A DNA stretch of 59,843 bases from the NCBI RefSeq assembly GCF_000315625.1, contig NW_005434514.1, forward strand, positions 1-59,843. Direction: 5' to 3'. This DNA is from Guillardia theta CCMP2712 (lineage: Eukaryota > Protista > Cryptophyta). Below are positions 43,701 through 56,418 of this stretch, piece by piece (the stretch's first letter is position 1; each line of letters opens with the position of its first letter). Below the pieces are notes generated by a model. That model saw only the letters and a list, made by a program, of their open reading frames with translations, was not told where the DNA came from and made no database searches. The position numbers were made by a program, and so were the translations under genes.

Positions 43701-44839
43701 TTCCTCGGCATATTTCCTTTCTCTTTTGTCTGTCCTTCCTCTCGACTCCTCGACTTTTCTTCTGACGCTCCACCAGATCAGACTTTAGTGCGGCATCTTG
43801 CTTCCCAACACAAGGCGGCTCCATCGGAGCATCAGATCCTGTCCATCCTCAAAGATTCGCTGCAGGCAGACAAACTCTTGTTCCTCCGAATCATCTGACA
43901 AGGTCCTGCCAGTCCACCAGGTCTGATGAGCTTCTTCCGGGTATTTCTGTAAGCGTGCAAAAGGGAAAGATGAAGAAAGCTATAAGAGAGATCATGGAGC
44001 ATCACGAGTTGTCCTGTTTAGTCGTCTTGGACATGGTGGAGGTTGGTTGCTGCAGCACAGAAGCAGGGGCTCAGGATGATGAGATGTCTGCGGTGAAGCT
44101 TGCGGACCTAGTCTACTCTCAGCCCTGTCATTGTGAGCAGTCGTGCATGTCTCTTAGTGCAAGGGGAGACGAAGCGACTAGGAATGGATCGAACGCCCAA
44201 CAAGAGTTTGACATCATTGTATGTATCAAAGTCATCAAGGACCAATCTCTGCTTTCCAAGACTTCCAGCAGGATCAACAAGGTATTCTCAGCTCTGCTCC
44301 AGGGCGGTGACATCATGACCTACTCTCCTGTTCTGCTCTCCCCGGCCGGGAAACCTCTCTCCCCTCAGGTCGCTACCCTTGACTTGTTCTGAAGGTCCCA
44401 CAACGCTCCCTCACTCCCTCACTCCCTCACTCCCTCACTCCCTCACGCCCCTCTCTTTCTCCATACACCTTCTAACATGCAGCAGGCAAGCGTGTCGTCC
44501 ATACAGCACTGGTCTTATCACGGGCTTCTTGGAATTGCTGCGAAAAGGACGGGGGAGTCTTGTCCTCAACTTGAAGCTAAACCAGCTCGACCTCTGCTGG
44601 GCAACTCAGTGAGAGCTCTTCCTGTCCTCAGCTCTGCAGGCTCCCTAGCTCTGATCCAGCTGCTGTTGGAGCTAGCCTCGCCTGAGCTCCTGTCGTCCTT
44701 CAGCAGAAAGCTCAAGAAAGCGATCAAGGCTTCGCCAGGTCTCAGTCCCAGGTGCGGAACTTCGGAACTTCGAGACCTCCTTTCCCTCCTTTCCCTTGTT
44801 TGTCACTCACCGGGTACCCGGCGTCCCCTCAGCCTCTGA
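40768..44839 (+). CDS. Large hypothetical multi-exon protein(s), N-terminal part helical-repeat-like (possibly PUF/Nop9-like)
   Basis: Long protein-like ORF (40474-42261) and further exon-like ORFs to 44839. The motif LAHHPTGVEVL resembles PUF-type repeats; the assignment is weak. Confidence 0.4.
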
Positions 44840-47291
44840 CTCCTCTGTCTCAGCTTGTCTGCGGCGCTGGAGACGGCGAACAACCGACGCGCTTCCGGCA
44901 TGGCTGCCGCCAACGATTCGGCAATCCGATCCGATCGGGTGACTGACTCAGTGACCGTGGGAAATTAGCCTCCGAAACGCGGACTCCCGTTCCGAAGTAC
45001 AGTAGATAATATAGAACAGGCTGGCCCTGGGCTTTTGCTGTGGCACAGTAGTCAAGTAGTCACTCTTCAATGGAACTTCCGATTTGCAACGGAGTCGGCA
45101 ACACTTAGTAGTCCGATCAGTGAGAGTGACGAGCAAGGCCCGGCCCGGCCGGGCGCCGGGCGGCCCGACACGGGCCCCGGCGGGATGCCAGGACTGGGAG
45201 AGTCGGACGGTTATTCTAGTCCAGTCCCAACGGTTAAATTCCAACGGTTTTGTAACGGTCCTGTCGCTTTTGTATGATGGTGGCCGCCAAACGGTGTTTC
45301 TTTGAATCGATCCGTAGGACAACATGGAGAATTGAAAGGTGCTGTTGGTTTTGAAATCTCCTTACTATTATTCAACTCATAGATTTTTAATTTGAAATCT
45401 TCCGTTTTGGTTTTAAAATGCGTCCTCTCACAGCGCTCACAACAACGTCAGTCTCCATTTCAAGTTGGCGTCCAAGGACCTATGGAAATGTTACACTGTC
45501 CTCGCCAACATAAAAAAACTCCCTGTAGCTAGGTCCTCACCCCCACCATAGGATCTCAATTCAACATTACCCCACCCATCGAATTGACACTAACCCCACC
45601 CTACATTTCCCCATCGTAATTCCGAGCTCAACCACCCTTTTCTCATCACCCCTACCCAGACCAAATTTCACTACCCTACCACGACTCACTCCAACGAGAA
45701 AAAGGCTATACAAAAATTGTGAGGAATCGTAGGGAGGTGCTAGGAGTGATATGACCCCCAAGGCAGCGTATCTCTTACGTCCTACATACCCTACGACATG
45801 GAACCCTCTGGCAAAAATCCTTTTTTTGGTCAAGAAAAAAAGAGCTTTAAATAATTTTTATTTACAATAATTTATACTATTAATGCGATGGGTCCGCTCG
45901 TCGTGTTGAAAGGTCCTAGGAACCTGGAGATTCCTAGTAGGTTCCTAGAGCAGTGTCTACATTCTTGTAAGTGGTACCACCCTACATCAACCCCACAGTA
46001 ACACTACCCCGTCATATCACACCATGGTTCCCAACATGAGCAAGGAACAATTGCCCCTGCTTCGTGGTCTGCTGATTCTCAATTGAGAGAATAGTAAAGC
46101 ATGGCACGCCCCTGCTATACTCCCAATTAAACTACCCACCCCCGTGAATTACTGTAGTTCAAGCCCTTCAAGCTCTTAGAGCAACTGGCACAATTCAGGT
46201 TGGCGGATGGTAACTGGTAAGAGAGCCTGAAAGGTAAAAATGGAGAGATTTGAGACACGGGAATGCATGAACTGCTCAAAAAGAAATAAGTCCGATCACG
46301 CCAACTTTACAGACATTCCATTCGCTGCGGTACACAGTTTAAACGTTGCATTAGCTCATCGTTTTGGTCATGATACCGAGCAGATCGGGTTTAAAATTGA
46401 TTTGTTTATTTCTTGTAAAGAAAATACACTAAATTGATTGTTTTCGATTTTTTAAAAAACTTTGTTAAAAACTCTTGATAGAGAGACAAGGGTCGTGGTA
46501 CTATTGTCTAAAATGTTATTGCATGCAAAATTTCTAATGGGTGGGGGTAGTAACCACTACCCTACTTTCTCCTGTACATCCTGGGGGACACGAGGGTAAT
46601 AGTACCCACCCACCCGTGACGTGTACAGCGAATGGATTCATCTCTCCTCTCCCATCATCATTACCTCGTTCTCCCTAGCGACATGAACTTTCAGTTGCTG
46701 CGCATTTTCCTCCTCCTCTCCCTCCTTCCTCCTTCGTGCTCATCCCCACTCGTTGATCTCCACGTTATCTCCTCCCTCCTCCACCTGCACACCATGGCCC
46801 TGGCTCATGTTGTTGCTCGCTGCTGTTCGACGTCGAATTCATCCGCTATCTTGAACCTCGCCATTCACCATTTTTGAATCAGCTTTTCCATTTTTCTTGC
46901 TTTGTCGATGAATGTGTTTCAACTTGATCAGCGCATCCTTACCTGTGTCTCGTTTGCTTCTGGGCCTCTACGTTTTTTCCTTCTCGCTCGAGTATTTTTG
47001 GCCAATGCTTTGCTACCTGCTGCTTTCTCCACAAATAGGCCAGGGTTACTAGATACTTCCTTGTTTGCCAGGGTTACTAGATACTGCCTTGTTTGCCAGG
47101 GTTACTAGATACTACCTTGCTTGCCTTATGATAGATTGTTGTGAGAGCAAGCTTAGCTTTCGAAATGTCCAACGATGCTCCTGTGCTTTCCCACGAACCT
47201 TACCGTTGCTTCTGATTGACGATGCACTACAGGAGGACTAGAAATTTTATGCTCATCCCCCAGTGATCAAGTGCACTGCGAAGAGTTGACA

Positions 47292-48550
47292 ATGAGCATG
47301 GAAACCGCTGTTATGGAACCCCAATCTTCTACCACTCCTGACTCCCCCAGTACACGCTCGAGAAGACAGATTCCTCGTCACCTCTGGCAGCCTGATGGCG
47401 AGGCTGATCGCTGCTCGATTGCGTCATGCAGCTCGACGTTCAACAAGTGGACGATCGGAGTGAGCGGGAGGCATCACTGCAGAGTGTGCGGGAGAGTGGT
47501 CTGCCAGCAGTGCTCCCGTGGCACTGTAAGTCTGCTTCCTGTCCTGTCACTCTTTAACTCCTTTCCTCGCAGATAAACCTTCTGCCCTCGAATGGTGGGA
47601 GAGCGTCGCTAGCTCGACCAGTCAGAGTATGTGATGCTTGTCGTCTCACTCATGGGAAAGTTGAACTCAAGCCCTCCTACTTTGTATCTATTTTGTCGAC
47701 CATGAATGCGATGACTACAAACTTTCGGCGAAGGTATTGGTAACTCTAGTGCTAGTTTCAAATGTTTGACTGTGTGTAGCAGGAAAATAAACTCGACTCT
47801 TATCTCGTCGGCACCTGCACTGGCGGTGAGTTTCAGGATGTGAAGAGGACGTTGGCGTAAGGATCTCACGCTATTCCTCGCAGCGATCTAGCTCGTCCTC
47901 CGATCTTGGACAGAATGTGGACGTTTCGTCAGTGATGCCAACACTCAGGCACAGGTATGAGACGCTCTCGGCCACTTTTCCCCTTTGACTTATGCAACTC
48001 GATCAGTGCATCAGCTCCCTGCCTTCTGTCGAGCACGTTGAACATGGAAGAGTTGGCGCACTCGAACCCTTCGGTCACAGGGCAGTCGGACGACGAACAC
48101 TCGCATGCGGAAACTCCAAACTCTACTATCGTGCAGGGTGAGGAAGAGGAAGATTGGTCTTGAATTATCCCGCTGACAACGTTCATAGGTCACGAGCAAG
48201 GAAGCTGTAACATGTTGAACCCATCGCTGCCTTTGCAGATTCCTAGCGGCACGGGGCAGTTGAAGAGCAACCAAGCAACCAAGCCGGACAATGACAAGAA
48301 TGCGGGACAGAAGATGGAAGAGCTTGTGGGAGGGAGTGACCACGTCTCGAAGAGACTTAAAGTTCTCAAGGAGGCGCTGGAGAAATTCTCTTTCTACGAG
48401 GTAACTGTCCCCCCCCTTTACATCCATCTCCCACCTCTTCTCAGTTTCTTACCCGCACCGCATCAGGGGCTTCTGCAGCATGAGCCAGCGGCACTTAGAG
48501 CTCTTCTGGTAGCTGAGGCTGGAGGATGCCTTCCAAGTCACCAGCAGTGA
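47292..48550 (+). CDS. FYVE zinc-finger protein (multi-exon)
   Basis: WQPD...C..C...RHHCRVCGRVVCQQCS...RVCDAC. Confidence 0.88.
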
Positions 48551-49649
48551 TACCGCAAAGTGAGGCTTCACGTACGGGCTTTACAGTGAACCCTGTGCGT
48601 TGTTGTGGAGTCACGAGGTTTTTTGCTGGGATGTCTACCCAAGACTTTCCCTGCTGAGTTTTGTACGATTAGAGAGCGAGAACGATGTGTTAGGCTCGTC
48701 AAGCTCTTGTTGTGATCATAGTACAGTAAACATCACGGTCACCGTACGGTCTACTGATCACTAGCCGGCTGAGCTTCAGTGCCAACCTGACAGTAACTTG
48801 TGGCAACTTGCCTACGCGACAGCCGCCGGCTGAGGCGAGCCCGCCGGGCGGGCCCCTCCGCCGGCCCCGGTCCGACCCGAGGCTGCAGTGCCAGTAACGG
48901 TTCATCATCAGTGAGCCGGCCCGATTCTCCCGCCATGTAGACTAGATGGGCGGCAACATGAGAGGGAGAGCGAGGAAGAGAAGCGGGACAGAGGAGAGAA
49001 GGGCCTGAGAAGCTAGAGAAAGTGAGATAGGAGGGGATCAGATGAGTATAGCGACAGAAGGAGACTAGGTGAAGCGAAGAAATACGCGCGGCGAGAGGGA
49101 TGCAAGGCAGGAAGGGATGTGCGAGGCAGGATGAGAGGTAAGGTAGGAGGACAGAAACCTAGAGAGCAAGTCGGAGAAGCAGGAGGAGAGATTAAGGGAA
49201 GTCAGACCCTGAGGTGCTGCGAAGAGATGGGAGGAAAACGTAAAAAGGAAAAGTCAGGAGCAGGAGGTTGAGGAGGCGGAGGAATTGGTTGTTGAAACCC
49301 ATCCTCTGATAAAATACGTCAATACACGCGTCAATACGGCAATGGTCGTTCACTAAGACAGGGAGAAAGAGCTGAGCAAGCGTTGCTTCGGAGGATGACC
49401 TGAGTGGAGAGAGCGGGAAAGAGTGGAGGAGATGGAGGCAGGAAAAAAGTCACTTATGCCAAAAACTACCGCAATTCCAAACAGCACGAAAGAAAGAAAG
49501 AAAACATCATAGGGAGAGAAAGCGAGAGTGGAATACGATTGCTCTTGACATATTTCATGTATCACAACAAGGAGAGGTCAGGTGGTTCTGAATGACTAAA
49601 ACCGCGCAGGGTCACGGGAAAAAGTAAACTCCGCAAGCGTACAGCAGGA

Positions 49650-50522
49650 ATGACCATGAGCTTCTGCCATGGCGGCGAAGTGATCGCTGCTGCTCTTCTG
49701 GTCTTGACATGTCAAACTTCAGCGCTTCCGGTCGAGGAGTCACGAGTGAGGCTGAGAGCCTCGACCCCTCACACAGCACAGCAGGAGATGCTCTCCAACG
49801 TGACCTTTGTGCTGCCTCGCAGCGTTGGGGATGAAGACGTCAAGAACGTCGTGCTGGTGGGATCGTGGAGCGGGTGGAGGAGGAAGCACAGGATGGAGAA
49901 GAACGACAAGGGAGAGTTCACAAGGACGCTGCAGCTGCCTCATGGGAAGTTTGAGTTCAAGGTGTTCAAGGATGGGGTTCAACATCAGGCGACTAAGGAG
50001 AAGATGAAAGTCTCGTCGTACCATCCTCCCCTCTTTGCAAATGCGAAGAAACAATGCCTTGCCCTGCTCGACAGCGCCAGGTGACGCCCATGACGAACTT
50101 GTCAACCATTGCCGAGCTTGCGACAGGGTTTGACTTGTCTGGCTGCACAGGATGAAATTCACCAGCACGAAGATTGCGCTGGAGCACCACAAGGAGAAGG
50201 TGCTTGTTGCCTCTCTCACTCTTCTCCTGTTCTTGTTCGTCGCACGATATCAGCGACAGATCCTGTAAGCTCCTCGCACTCTACTCTTCCTCTCTCACGC
50301 GCTGGTTGTAGCTCGCTGGCCGGCCGAATCATCTCCCTCCTCGTCGCCTCCACCAGAACCTCCCCCCTGCGCCGTGGCAAGGAGCTGAAGGGGGGAGGGA
50401 CTAAGGAGGCGGGTAAGGCGGGGGGACGTGACTACGCGGAGATGGTGGGGAAGCTGATGAAGGAGGTAGTGGAGCAGAACCCTCTCACAGAAGTTTTCAC
50501 CACAGCCACAGAGGCCTCTTGA
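49650..50522 (+). CDS. CBM48 / AMPK-beta-type glycogen/starch-binding domain protein
   Basis: VVLVGSWSGW...MEKNDKGEFTRTLQLPHGKFEFK, with a hydrophobic N-terminus. Confidence 0.75.
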
Positions 50523-50556
50523 ACTGCCTCGGTCTTTACTCGGGACCTTTCGTAGC

Positions 50557-50891
50557 TCAGACATTTCTGGGGACCTTTCCGAGCTCTATAAAGTAGCGCT
50601 CCTGGAACCCCCTGCTCCTCCACAGCTGGTCGAAGTAGGACACAGCTCCCTCCCCCTGTTGTGTTCTCAGGCCCTGAGCTCAAGTAAACAGCCTCACCAC
50701 CTTTTTCGCCCCCTCCCTCCGAGCTGTGCTCCGAGCCTTGAAGAGCTGAGGACAAGACTTGACGACTTTGAGGTACGAGTCCCGAAGGTCGCTGCTCCCC
50801 GAAAGTCAGAAGAAAGACGGCAGGATGAGGCCCACGGAGCAGAGGAGGACGAAAGAGATAATATAGATTAGGAAGACAGGGAGGGAACGAG

Positions 50892-50926
<35 letters not shown>

Positions 50927-52246
50927 GTCGGCAAATCCTTGCCTGTCGTCTGTCACGATGTTGAACGTTCCGTTCGGCTCCAAGTTCTTGTGAACAGCAC
51001 GGAGGAAGGAGGGACTGAAGAAAACACTGCCTGCTCCCATCGGCTCGGGGAAGCGAAGAAACATGGACCTGACAGATGCGGGTCGAAGGAGGTCAGAGCA
51101 TACAAGAGCTGCATCCAAGTTCAACACGACCAGGTTGTTCAACCCCAACAGACTCCTCCTCGTCAAGATCTCGTGCGCTCTGTCGTACCGATACTCCACC
51201 GCCACCCAGTTCGCGTCCTCAACACCTGCTCGATCCAACACCCACTCGCCGCTCCCAGCGCAGAGCTCGACATGCAGAGGCTTGTCCGGCCCCACGGCAC
51301 GCAGGAGTTTCGACAGTCCTGTCTTCAGGTTCCCCTTGTCGACGTTGCTCGACGAGCTCAGAAACAGATCTTGCATGCTGGGCCGCAAACTTTGCTCGTC
51401 ACGCCTCCCCTGCTTCCTCTCCTCCACAATCCGCTGGATGAATTCTGCATCCGTCTTGATCTTCAACTTTGAAATCTCATCCACCGCTGCTGCTCCGGCG
51501 CCTCCAATCTCCTCCATCGCCCTCGCCGCCTGCTCCAGAGCCTCACCGTCTCGGCCCTCCATCAAGAGCATGTGCCCAACCGCCAGCCTCGAGAGCGGCG
51601 CTGGTCCTGTGAGGCCTCGAAGCTGACTGAGAGCCTCTTCAAGTCGTCCATCCTGGCAGCGGATACGGATCATTAGCGCGTCAGAGACCTGGTCTTGCAT
51701 CCCTTGCGCCCTCATCTCCTCGTAGATGCTCTCTGCCTCCCCTCCCCTCCCCCATCGCAGGCACCCGCGCAGGAGCGTCTTCAACGTCCGATCGTTGGGA
51801 GGAACCCTCATCGCCTTCATCTCCTCCAGGAACCTAGTCGCCTCCTCCATCCTCCCAGCTCCCACAAGTCCCTTGATGATGCTCGTGCCGAGGACGGTAT
51901 TGAGCTCTCCCCCTCCCGTCAGGTACTCTCTTACCTTCCTCAGCCCTCCCTCCACATCCCCCATCCTCATGTAGCCGTTGATCAGCCCACCCCAGGAATG
52001 CTCATTGGGCTTTACCTGGACCTCGGCCATGGCCTGCAACAGCCGGTTGCAGCGATGGACAGCAGCGGCCTCGGCGTACTTTGCGATCAGCCAGTTGAAG
52101 TACTTGACATTCTTCCTCTTCATGGCGTGCTCTAGCTCCTGGGAGAAAGACATGCCTCCGGAGAGAGATCGGAACGGCGGACGAGATCGCAAGGAAGGGA
52201 GGACTGCCGTCCTGATGGCTGACCAAGCCCCCCAAGAGGCTGACAT
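50557..52246 (-). CDS. PPR-repeat protein fused to a TrmB-type tRNA (guanine-N7) methyltransferase domain
   Basis: PPR motifs (YFNWLI, SWGGLINGY, VPPNDRTLKTLLRGC). Then VELCAGSGEW, VAVE, FPEP, GTFNIVTDD, and a last exon SYFDQLW. Confidence 0.85.
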
Positions 52247-52635
52247 GCTCACTCAAAACATCTACGAGAAGATTAGCACACAAGAGATTCTCCTCCCGCC
52301 TTGTCTGATGTCAGTCAACTCGTCCTCCTCGCTTCTTCTTTGATCGTCTTTCGACACAAACTCTCTTTGTGTCTCTCTGCTTCTACGCCTTCATACCCTC
52401 ATCCTCATATCTCACTCCTCCCTCCCTCCCTCCCTCTCCCTGCGATTATCGGGGCCGTTTCGAGCCGTTACAGCGCGATGTCGCATGGAGGTGAGGCCTA
52501 CGAGAGAGGGCAGGGAGGTTGGAGCAGCTGAAACGACAAGAGCAGAGGAAGCAGGCAGCAAGCTGGAGGGAGCATGAAACAGGAGGGAGGCAGCAGAGAG
52601 GAGGGAGGAGGGAGGAGGAAGCAGGCAGGAAGAGA

Positions 52636-52720
52636 AGGCAGGAGGAGGCAGGAGGCAGGAGGCAGGAGGCAGGAGGCAGGAGGCAGGAGGCAGGAGGCAG
52701 GAGGCAGGAGGCAGGAGGCA
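52636..52720 (+). repeat. (GGAGGCA)n microsatellite
   Basis: Perfect heptamer run. Confidence 0.95.
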
Positions 52721-53671
52721 GGGAGGGAGCAAGCGGACTGTACAAGTCTTATGGATTCGTCTCAGGATCAAAGGACCGGAGCCTGCAGGCTATCGCTGTG
52801 GCTATAGACGAGATCAACCAGCTGCGTCAAGGCAAGGTCAGCCCCCTGATGCGCAACCGGCATGGCGAGGCTGACAAAAATGCTGTGATTGCCTGCTTGC
52901 TGCCCTGCAGTCCGTGTACGAGAAACGCGGGAACGTTTTCTTCCTCGCCGACCCTGAGGTAAGCTGATTGCTACGAGGTCAAGTGCCTCCAACTATGACG
53001 CAGAGAGTGAAGAAATCGCTGCTAGCTCGGAGGGCCAACATCACTACGAGCGTGAGCAACCATACATCTCTTCAACCTGCGAGTAAGTGATCAAGTTGCT
53101 TTGATTGTTTATCAAAGGATCGAGGGGATGACGTGCAAGCAAGTAAGTAGAAGAAGCATCTTCATCCTCTCGTGTTCCCCGATGATGTTGATTGCTGGCT
53201 GAGAGAATCTCCAGATGTGCATCGAGATGAAACTCACACGCACAGCTCGTCGACGAGAGGAGAGGTTGAGCAGGTAGGCAGCAACAACAGCGCGCATACA
53301 TATCAAGCTCACTGCCCCCTACCCAGCATCTCAAGGGCAGGCGAGTGACTCTACAAGGACTCAAGGTGAAACTGCCAGTCTTCCCTAGTTCAGCTGATCT
53401 CTTCATGTGTGCTGTAGAGTGTGCAGTACAATGGGATGAAGGGGACCGTGCTGAAATACGACGGTTTGTTCCTCTCTGATCCTTGCATGCGCTGACATGT
53501 AGCAACAGAGTCTCGGCAGAGATTTGCAGTCAGATTGGACGAGGATGGGAAGGTGAGCAGCAAACTTATAAAACGTGCTTGTGCGGAGGATTTCTTCTCA
53601 CCTCGCATCCCTCTGGACACAGAAAGCATTCTTCAAGCTTGAAAACCTGACGGTCATAGGAGGCGCTGCGT

Positions 53672-54220
53672 CGGAGGTGAGGGAGGAGTAGAGGAGTAGG
53701 AGGTGAGGGAGGAGTAGAGGAGTAGGAGGTGAGGGAGGTGTAGAGGAGTAGGAGGTGAGGGAGGTGTAGAGGAGTAGGAGGTGAGGGAGGTGAGGGAGGA
53801 GTAGGAGGTGAGGGAGGAGTAGAGGAGTAGGAGGTGAGGGAGGTGTAGAGGAGTAGGAGGTGAGGGAGGTGTAGAGGAGTAGGAGGTGAGGGAGGTGAGG
53901 GAGGAGTAGGAGGTGAGGGAGGAGCAGAGGAGTAGGAGGTGAGGGAGGTGTAGAGGAGTAGGAGGTGAGGGAGGAGTAGAGGAGTAGAAGGTGAGGGAGG
54001 AGTAGAGGAGTAGAAGGTGAGGGAGGTGTAGAGGAGTAGGAGGTGAGGGAGGAGTAGAGGAGTAGGAGGTGAGGGAGGTGTAGAGGAGTAGGAGGTGAGG
54101 GAGGAGTAGAGGAGTAGGAGGTGAGGGAGGTGTAGAGGAGTAGGAGGTGAGGGAGGTGTAGAGGAGTCGGAGGTGAGGGAGGTGTAGAGGAGTCGGAGGT
54201 GAGGGAGGTGTAGAGGAGTA
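53672..54220 (+). repeat. ~26-bp GA-rich minisatellite
   Basis: GGAGGTGAGGGAGG(A/T)GTAGAGGAGTA repeated about 20 times. Confidence 0.95.
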
Positions 54221-55261
54221 GCGACCTTGACATGTTTACTTCCAGGCTTTCACTGGGCTAGTTAGAGAACGAACAGCTTGATCTGCTGTCACACGAGTTC
54301 CAGGGAAATCTTTTCCGCCTGCAACTGCAGAACTGCATAAAATCGTGCTGTGTACAACAAAGCAAACCACAAAAGAGGCCCGTGAATCTTGCATCATGAA
54401 ACTCTAACAAAACCCTGTCCCTCGGTTGTTACAACAGAGCGATAATCGCTCTGCGATCGGCCAGGATGTCAAAGGGCTCCTCGCACACGTATTGAAAACA
54501 TCGTTTCCGTTACATTACGAGATCACAAGCCTATACCACAAATACCAACTCATCAAGACGAACACTCAACCCTCTGACATTCAGTATCACAATGTTTTCT
54601 TCTCATCATCGTTGGTTATCAAAAGCCTTGCGGTTCAAGGAGAGCATGGGAACGAAGACTATCCCGTTCCATTTGCCTAGTGCTTCTAAACCCTCCTACC
54701 TCCTCTCTCCCCACCCCTCCCCCACCCGCGCCTTCCCTGCAGCGCCTCCTCCCTCGCACCCCTGCATGTCTCGTGACCGTCTGCCAGGTAGGTAACGTGA
54801 CTTTCAATGTGACCGTTTTACTCCACCTCGTTGACTTCTTCGAAATCTGCATCCATAGAAAGAAGCACTTTAGAAAACAGTCGTTACTCGGTCGTTACAG
54901 GAAAGTCTCCCTGTAACGGCGGCATCCAGAGCATTCGATCATGGCAAGTACTGTGACCTCGGATGGCCACCCCTACCCTAATCACTGGGATTAAAGGGGG
55001 GTAATCAACACTTGTTGCCAAGGGGTTGCAGGCGAGACTACTTCGTTGCTCGGATTTTACCGATGGTTGTCGTGCACCCACCACCCCACCTCCCTATCGG
55101 ACTTGACCTCCTACGCCCCCCAACCACATATGTACACCACCCCCTCATAATTGGAAAATGTATGTACACCACCCCCTCAACACAGGACAAACAACAACTC
55201 TTGTACAGAACGGGTACACTACCCCTTGTTACACCTTTCAACAGTCTCGGAAATTCCCCAC

Positions 55262-55460
55262 TGATATCTCAAAAGCCATCCTTGCAACGAGTACCCCTCC
55301 CGCCCCATCCCCTCGCTAGGACCCCTTCGCTTTAGCACCTGGGAATTCAGAACGTGCAATGATATCTCAAAAGCCATCCTTGCAACGAGTACCCCTCCCG
55401 CCCCATCCCCTCGCTAGAACCCCTTCGCTTTAGCACCTGGGAATTCAGAACGTGCAATGA
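55262..55460. repeat. 98-bp direct tandem duplication
   Basis: TGATATCTCAAAAGCC...GAACGTGCAA occurs twice. Confidence 0.9.
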
Positions 55461-55747
55461 TCATGACACGCCGTTGCCTCATTTCATGACTAGCCTCAAG
55501 TACCCCTACCCCCTCGATGACCAGATATTCAGGACCCTCCCGTCTATGACCACACCTCCAAAAATGGAAGCTGCGAGAGGTTTGGGAATCTATGAAGTGC
55601 ACATTTCGCTTCTCTGTTCATCGCAGAGCAAACAATGCGGTTATCAGCAAGGCTGTAAATATCTTAGCTTTATTGGCATTAAAGACAATCAAAAAATTGA
55701 TTCAAACAACTCAGAGCAAATGAAAACAACACTACATCCCCAAACCA

Positions 55748-56418
55748 TTAGACCCCTGAAAACTTGAGAAACCAATCGACATAAAAGGGGGAGACAGGGA
55801 TGCAATCATGATACCCAAAGATTTGCTCTGCAACATTCGCGTCCGTTGATGGGAGATGCGAGAGGTCACCATGAATTTCGTCCTGTCGCCTAGAACCAAG
55901 CCCAATGTCGGTATCCAGATGCATTTCATCATGTAGCATATCAACATTCACTTTCTCTGCTTCAGCGGCGATAGCAAATGTCTCTTGTTTCGTGGCAAGG
56001 TTCACATCATCTTCCATGATCCTTCTATCCCTTGGGTCCGGGTTCGCCACAACTTCGGAACCAGCCCGAACATGAGCCGACTCGTGATCCGAGTCAACAC
56101 AGGGCAATGATCCCACTTCACTTGGCCAGTGTGGCACTCCCAGCCTTCTGCAGGCATTCTTCAGCGCTGAGAGAGAAATTCCCTGCATGCAAGTCAGGCA
56201 AGAAGATTTTGATCAGGACTTGAACTCACCAGGTACTTGGCAGCGTCTGCCTGTCTCATGCGGTGCAATCTTGTGATATCCTCTTGGACCAAGACAATAG
56301 CAGAAGCCTTCTTTTCCTGCCCATTTTTTCTACGAGGGAAAATCTGAACCCTTGGGCAAATCTTCATCGATGGGCAGAGCGGTGAAGGTTGAAGCTGTGA
56401 CATGTTGCTTGATCCCAT
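55748..56418 (-). CDS. RWP-RK-family transcription factor (2 exons)
   Basis: IFPRRK...MRQADAAKYL|GISLSALKNACRRLGVPHWP. Confidence 0.85.

Noticed and set aside
47038-47125. 28-bp x3 repeat containing AGGGTTA
   Set aside because: Not a telomeric array, just a small local tandem repeat.
52478-54400. Possible multi-exon plus-strand gene
   Set aside because: Exon-like fragments are present, but I could not assemble a consistent model or recognise a domain.
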